Shown here: positions 3,779-6,203 of the stretch, piece by piece
Layout: each line of letters opens with the position of its first letter
Numbering within the stretch: position 1 is the stretch's first letter
From: Candidatus Iainarchaeum sp.
GTDB taxonomy: Archaea; Iainarchaeota; Iainarchaeia; Iainarchaeales; 0-14-0-20-30-16
Direction: 5' to 3'
Length of the DNA stretch: 6,203 nt
NCBI GenBank assembly: GCA_028710695.1
Contig: JAQTTP010000014.1
Coordinates: 1-6,203, forward strand
Notes under the pieces: generated by a model
The model's database searches: none
Told to the model about the DNA's origin: nothing
Seen by the model: only the letters and a program-made list of their open reading frames with translations
Position numbers and translations under genes: made by a program

Positions 3779-6203
3779 AAGAAATAACAATGACTGATAC
3801 TGCGCCTAAATGGAATGATGTTGTTGAAGAATTTAAAAAAAATAAACCCGTAAAAGATTACACAGCGCCATCTTGGACAAAAATAGAAAAAGAAGCAAAA
3901 GAACGAATTGAATTACAAACAAAAGAAATAAGTGATGATGATGTGTATGGTAAATATTGGAAACGATTAGGATTGCCAGAAACATCGGTTGAACAAAAAA
4001 AACTTGGTAAAGCAAATCAATTATTGGAAGAGGGCATTGATATCCCTATAATTAGTAGTTGGACACAATTATCTAAACATACAGATATGAAGAATGCTGC
4101 TGAACTTTTAAAAAGATATGAGTATTATAAAAAAACAGGACAAAACGAAAATTGGAAATATTTTAAAACAACAATGACAGGAGAAGGTGCGCTGCATATT
4201 GGAGATGATTTATTAAATCTTAAAATTGCTGAACAAGAAGCGATAGAACAAGGCGAAGACCCAAGATATATAAAACAAATACGAAATCAAATAGACGCCA
4301 TAGAAAAAACTGCCGTATCAATACCAGAAGAAGCGGCTTTTAATATGTCTGACGTTGTAAAAGCAAGAGATATGGTAATGGAAGCTGTAGCGTATAATAA
4401 ATACATAGAAAATCGAGGCGGTTATTCAACGTTAAGCAAGATTGAAAAAGGCGTAGTAGATATGTTGAAATTCGCAGTAGAAATGTATGCGTCAAGCGGA
4501 TTACTTAAAGCTATGGGCGCTGAAAACAAAGCATTAAGAGCCGCTATTAGAACATATACCGCTGGCATTGGAGATACTGTATTAAAAAAAATGGATTACG
4601 AAAGTAAGGATTATGGCGCATTATCTTTTGTCTCTGCCTCTATTGATACATTTATTGATTATTATACAGAAGAATTAGGCGGAGCGTTAGAGAAAGCAGC
4701 TAAACCAGCAACACAAATATTAACGAGATATGTTGATAGATTATTAGAAAATAAGTTTGGGAAAAAAGCGTCTGAAAGTTTATCTAAATTCACAAAAGAG
4801 GCGGCGATAGAAGGTTTTACTGGAGAATACCTTGAAGAGGTAGCGGCGTCTTTGATGAAATATGCAGCCGGCACACAAGAAGATTTAGGTACTGCGGAAG
4901 ATTGGCTTATAACGTTGGGAACAGTTATGGCGACTGTTGGTGGGGCAAAGGCATTACAGGTATATAATGTAAAAAAAGAATATGAAAAAGAATATGAAAA
5001 TTTTATAAAAGACGGGTTTTTAGAATTTAAGGAAGAAAATCCAGAAATAGTAAAAGAGATAAAAGAAAAGGGCATTTTATCAAGAAATGATATGAAAGAA
5101 TACGGTTTGTTTGATATTGTAGGGATTACGAATGAAAAGCAGAGACAAGAAATAGTAAATAAGTTGACCAAACCGGAGGAAAGCGTTTTCCAAGACAAAG
5201 ATTTAAAAATAGAAGAAAAACCGATAGAAACGCCGACTGCCAAAGAAACAGAAGCAAAGGTAGAAACAGAAACAGAAAAAGAAAAGGTTGTGCCCGAGAT
5301 AAAAGAAGGTTCGGAGATAAACGAGCGCAATTTAAGAGATAAATATAAAAAGCTTACAATAATGCAGGCGATAGACAAAGCAAGTGAACTTGGTATAAAA
5401 ACAACAAATAAATACAATAATGTATTGCCAAAAGATGTGTTGATATCAAATATTATATCGAAAGAGTTAAAAAACGAAGCAATAAAGGTTCGTGCAGAAA
5501 AAAAACAATTTAATAGAGAGTTATTTGAGGCGCAAAAAGAGGCAGACGAAAAAAAGAAAATAGAAGCAAAAGAGGCAGAAAAACAAAGAATTGAAGATGA
5601 AAAAAAACGGATAACTTTCATTAAACAGAAAGAACAGAGCAAAATAAAAGAAAGTGCAGAATTTGAAACTGTGTTGTCGGGTTATACAAAATCTATCGAA
5701 AAAGAGGAAGAGGGGAAACTTAAAGAACAGTATGCTTCTTTACAAAAAGAAAAAAAAGAAAAAGAAAAACAGATTTCTGAATTAAAAAAGAAAACTGTTT
5801 TACTTGAAAAAGAACGCAAGGAAATCAATGAACAGCGCAAAGCAGAGGGATTGCCGACTATTGAAGAGGTGAAAATAAAAGAAGAACAGCGTAAATTTGA
5901 TATAAAATGGGAACAAGATAAAAATAATAGAATGACGGAACTTGCAAAATTATCGTATAAACAACTCATAGAAGAGGCGACAAGGAAAGGAATAACTGGA
6001 ATTAAAGGAATAAAAAAAGATAAAATTGCCAGCAGGATATTGAATATAGAATATGGCGAAATAGCAAAAGACATTAAACGTCCTGGACGAATAGACATTG
6101 AAGAGGTCGTTGGCTTAAAGCAAGTCCCTAAAAAAAAGAGTAAGATTAAAATTGTAAAAACCTCAAATGAAAATCTTTTTACTCAAAAAGATTTAGAAAC
6201 GAT
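3775..6203 (+). CDS. 3'-truncated giant CDS (more than 809 codons, open at the window edge): large helical virion-associated protein, ejection/internal-core or tape-measure-like candidate, function unknown
   Basis: This ORF is not in the supplied track. Frame 1 from ATG 3775 is preceded by an in-frame TGA at 3772-3774. I read it codon by codon to 6203 and found no stop (809 full codons plus 2 nt). It begins MKEITMTDTAPKWNDVVEEFKK; an alternative ATG lies at 3790. GAGGA lies upstream. The strong K/E-rich, purine-loaded coding sequence accounts for the low-complexity S/F-rich antisense ORFs at 4662-5642 and 5682-6098. Confidence 0.9.
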   Translation, partial: MKEITMTDTAPKWNDVVEEFKKNKPVKDYTAPSWTKIEKEAKERIELQTKEISDDDVYGKYWKRLGLPETSVEQKKLGKANQLLEEGIDIPIISSWTQLSKHTDMKNAAELLKRYEYYKKTGQNENWKYFKTTMTGEGALHIGDDLLNLKIAEQEAIEQGEDPRYIKQIRNQIDAIEKTAVSIPEEAAFNMSDVVKARDMVMEAVAYNKYIENRGGYSTLSKIEKGVVDMLKFAVEMYASSGLLKAMGAENKALRAAIRTYTAGIGDTVLKKMDYESKDYGALSFVSASIDTFIDYYTEELGGALEKAAKPATQILTRYVDRLLENKFGKKASESLSKFTKEAAIEGFTGEYLEEVAASLMKYAAGTQEDLGTAEDWLITLGTVMATVGGAKALQVYNVKKEYEKEYENFIKDGFLEFKEENPEIVKEIKEKGILSRNDMKEYGLFDIVGITNEKQRQEIVNKLTKPEESVFQDKDLKIEEKPIETPTAKETEAKVETETEKEKVVPEIKEGSEINERNLRDKYKKLTIMQAIDKASELGIKTTNKYNNVLPKDVLISNIISKELKNEAIKVRAEKKQFNRELFEAQKEADEKKKIEAKEAEKQRIEDEKKRITFIKQKEQSKIKESAEFETVLSGYTKSIEKEEEGKLKEQYASLQKEKKEKEKQISELKKKTVLLEKERKEINEQRKAEGLPTIEEVKIKEEQRKFDIKWEQDKNNRMTELAKLSYKQLIEEATRKGITGIKGIKKDKIASRILNIEYGEIAKDIKRPGRIDIEEVVGLKQVPKKKSKIKIVKTSNENLFTQKDLET
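5353..5460 (+). other. HeH / Rho_N / SAP-like helix-extension-helix motif, copy 1 (long-loop variant)
   Basis: LTIMQAIDKASELGIKTTNKYNNVLPKDVLISNII fits the pattern L-x-x-x-x-hydrophobic-x-x-A-x-x-x-G-I, then a loop, then K-x-x-L-I-x-x-I. Recognised by eye, and weaker than copy 2. Confidence 0.4.
5476..5928 (+). other. E/K-rich highly charged helical segment of ~150 aa (coiled coil or ER/K-type single alpha-helix candidate)
   Basis: Representative stretches are EAIKVRAEKKQFNRELFEAQKEADEKKKIEAKEAEKQRIEDEKKRITFIKQKEQSKIKE and EKEEEGKLKEQYASLQKEKKEKEKQISELKKKTVLLEKERKEINEQRKAE, then VKIKEEQRKFDIKWEQDKNN. E, K, R and Q dominate, with few helix breakers. Confidence 0.6.
5941..6051 (+). other. HeH / Rho_N / SAP-like helix-extension-helix motif, copy 2
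   Basis: LAKLSYKQLIEEATRKGITGIKGIKKDKIASRILNIE fits the Rho N-terminal/HeH pattern L-x-x-L-x-x-x-x-L-x-x-x-A-x-x-x-G-I-x-G-x-x-x-x-x-K-x-x-h-I-x-x-I-L, where h is a hydrophobic residue. Recognised by eye. Confidence 0.55.

Larger units (their letters stand above)
1..6203. mobile_element. Fragment of a tailed-phage or prophage virion (late) gene module; boundaries lie outside the window
   Basis: Five same-strand genes are packed with 2, 3 and 12 nt gaps and one 4-nt overlap. The products include Ig-like/FN3-like domains and very large coiled-coil ORFan proteins, with no housekeeping or enzymatic motifs. This combination is typical of phage structural operons. It is an inference, and no hallmark gene (portal, terminase, major capsid) is recognisable in the window. 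Confidence 0.55.

Noticed and set aside
3833-4015. 60-aa minus-strand ORF with an HHHH run
   Set aside because: It is antisense to the N-terminal part of the giant plus-strand CDS. The His run is simply the complement of the sense GAT GAT GAT GTG codons. It is short and has no start context.
4662-5642. 326-aa minus-strand ORF, the longest complete ORF in the supplied track for this region
   Set aside because: Its translation is low-complexity S/F/I/L/C-rich sequence (for example FFSSSILCFSASFASIFFFSSASF). That is exactly the reverse-complement image of GAA/AAA/GAG/AAG-rich sense codons. It lies wholly inside the uninterrupted plus-strand frame 3775-6203, which has a coupled start, an SD motif and protein-like domain structure. 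It is an antisense shadow ORF kept open by purine loading of the sense strand.
5682-6098. 138-aa minus-strand ORF
   Set aside because: The argument is the same as for 4662-5642. It is S/F/I-rich low complexity, antisense to the E/K-rich helix and HeH-2 region of the plus-strand giant CDS.
3835-6137. Seven A8 tracts (3835-3842, 3995-4002, 4584-4591, 5498-5505, 5600-5607, 5750-5757, 6130-6137) as programmed slippage or phase-variation sites
   Set aside because: They all encode Lys-Lys in a K-rich, AT-rich gene, and the main frame passes intact through every one. Where I followed the -1 frame (after 4002) it stops almost immediately (act tgg taa). They are best explained by composition. Their main value is as homopolymer error hotspots to check in the assembly.
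1-6203. Alternative genetic code (stop-codon reassignment), as seen in some AT-rich uncultured phages
   Set aside because: All five genes read cleanly under the standard bacterial code. Their ends are TAA, TAA, TAA and TGA, placed 2-12 nt before (or overlapping) the next start, and no in-frame stop needs explaining.
1-6203. A defence, anti-defence, toxin-antitoxin or enzymatic system hidden in the window
   Set aside because: By eye I found no Walker A/B, HExxH, nuclease (PD-(D/E)xK, HNH), TIR, SIR2 or lytic-transglycosylase signature. I also found no small paired genes, strand switches or non-coding gaps that could host RNAs. The content is consistently structural or coiled coil. Remote homology cannot be excluded without profile searches.

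Overview
The window is visibly AT-rich and almost entirely coding. It holds five co-directional plus-strand genes with 2, 3 and 12 nt gaps and one ATGA stop/start overlap. Two of the five are missing from the supplied ORF track because they run off the window edges. One is a 5'-truncated CDS ending at 497. The other is a frame of more than 809 codons that starts at 3775 and is still open at 6203; I read every codon and found no stop. All seven minus-strand ORFs in the track lie antisense to these genes, and I reject them as shadow ORFs. I see no rRNA, tRNA, CRISPR array, transposase or IS ends, intergenic terminator, or catalytic motif (no Walker A, HExxH or lytic-transglycosylase-type signature). 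The best reading is one late (virion) operon of a tailed phage or prophage from a low-GC host that uses Shine-Dalgarno sites. It runs: a beta-rich exposed protein; a 294-aa protein made of a tandemly duplicated ~78-aa module plus an FN3-like domain; then three translationally coupled, progressively larger proteins (302, 489, >809 aa). Those three are rich in coiled coil and low-complexity sequence, and I cannot assign them to any family. The most novel-looking element is this trio. It may be an internal-virion/ejection-protein set, or alternatively a tape-measure-like locus. Its giant last member carries two HeH/Rho_N-like helix-extension-helix motifs bracketing a ~150-residue E/K-rich charged helix. 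All functional labels are inferred from sequence patterns read by eye. No database search was possible, so 'novel' here means only that I did not recognise it.
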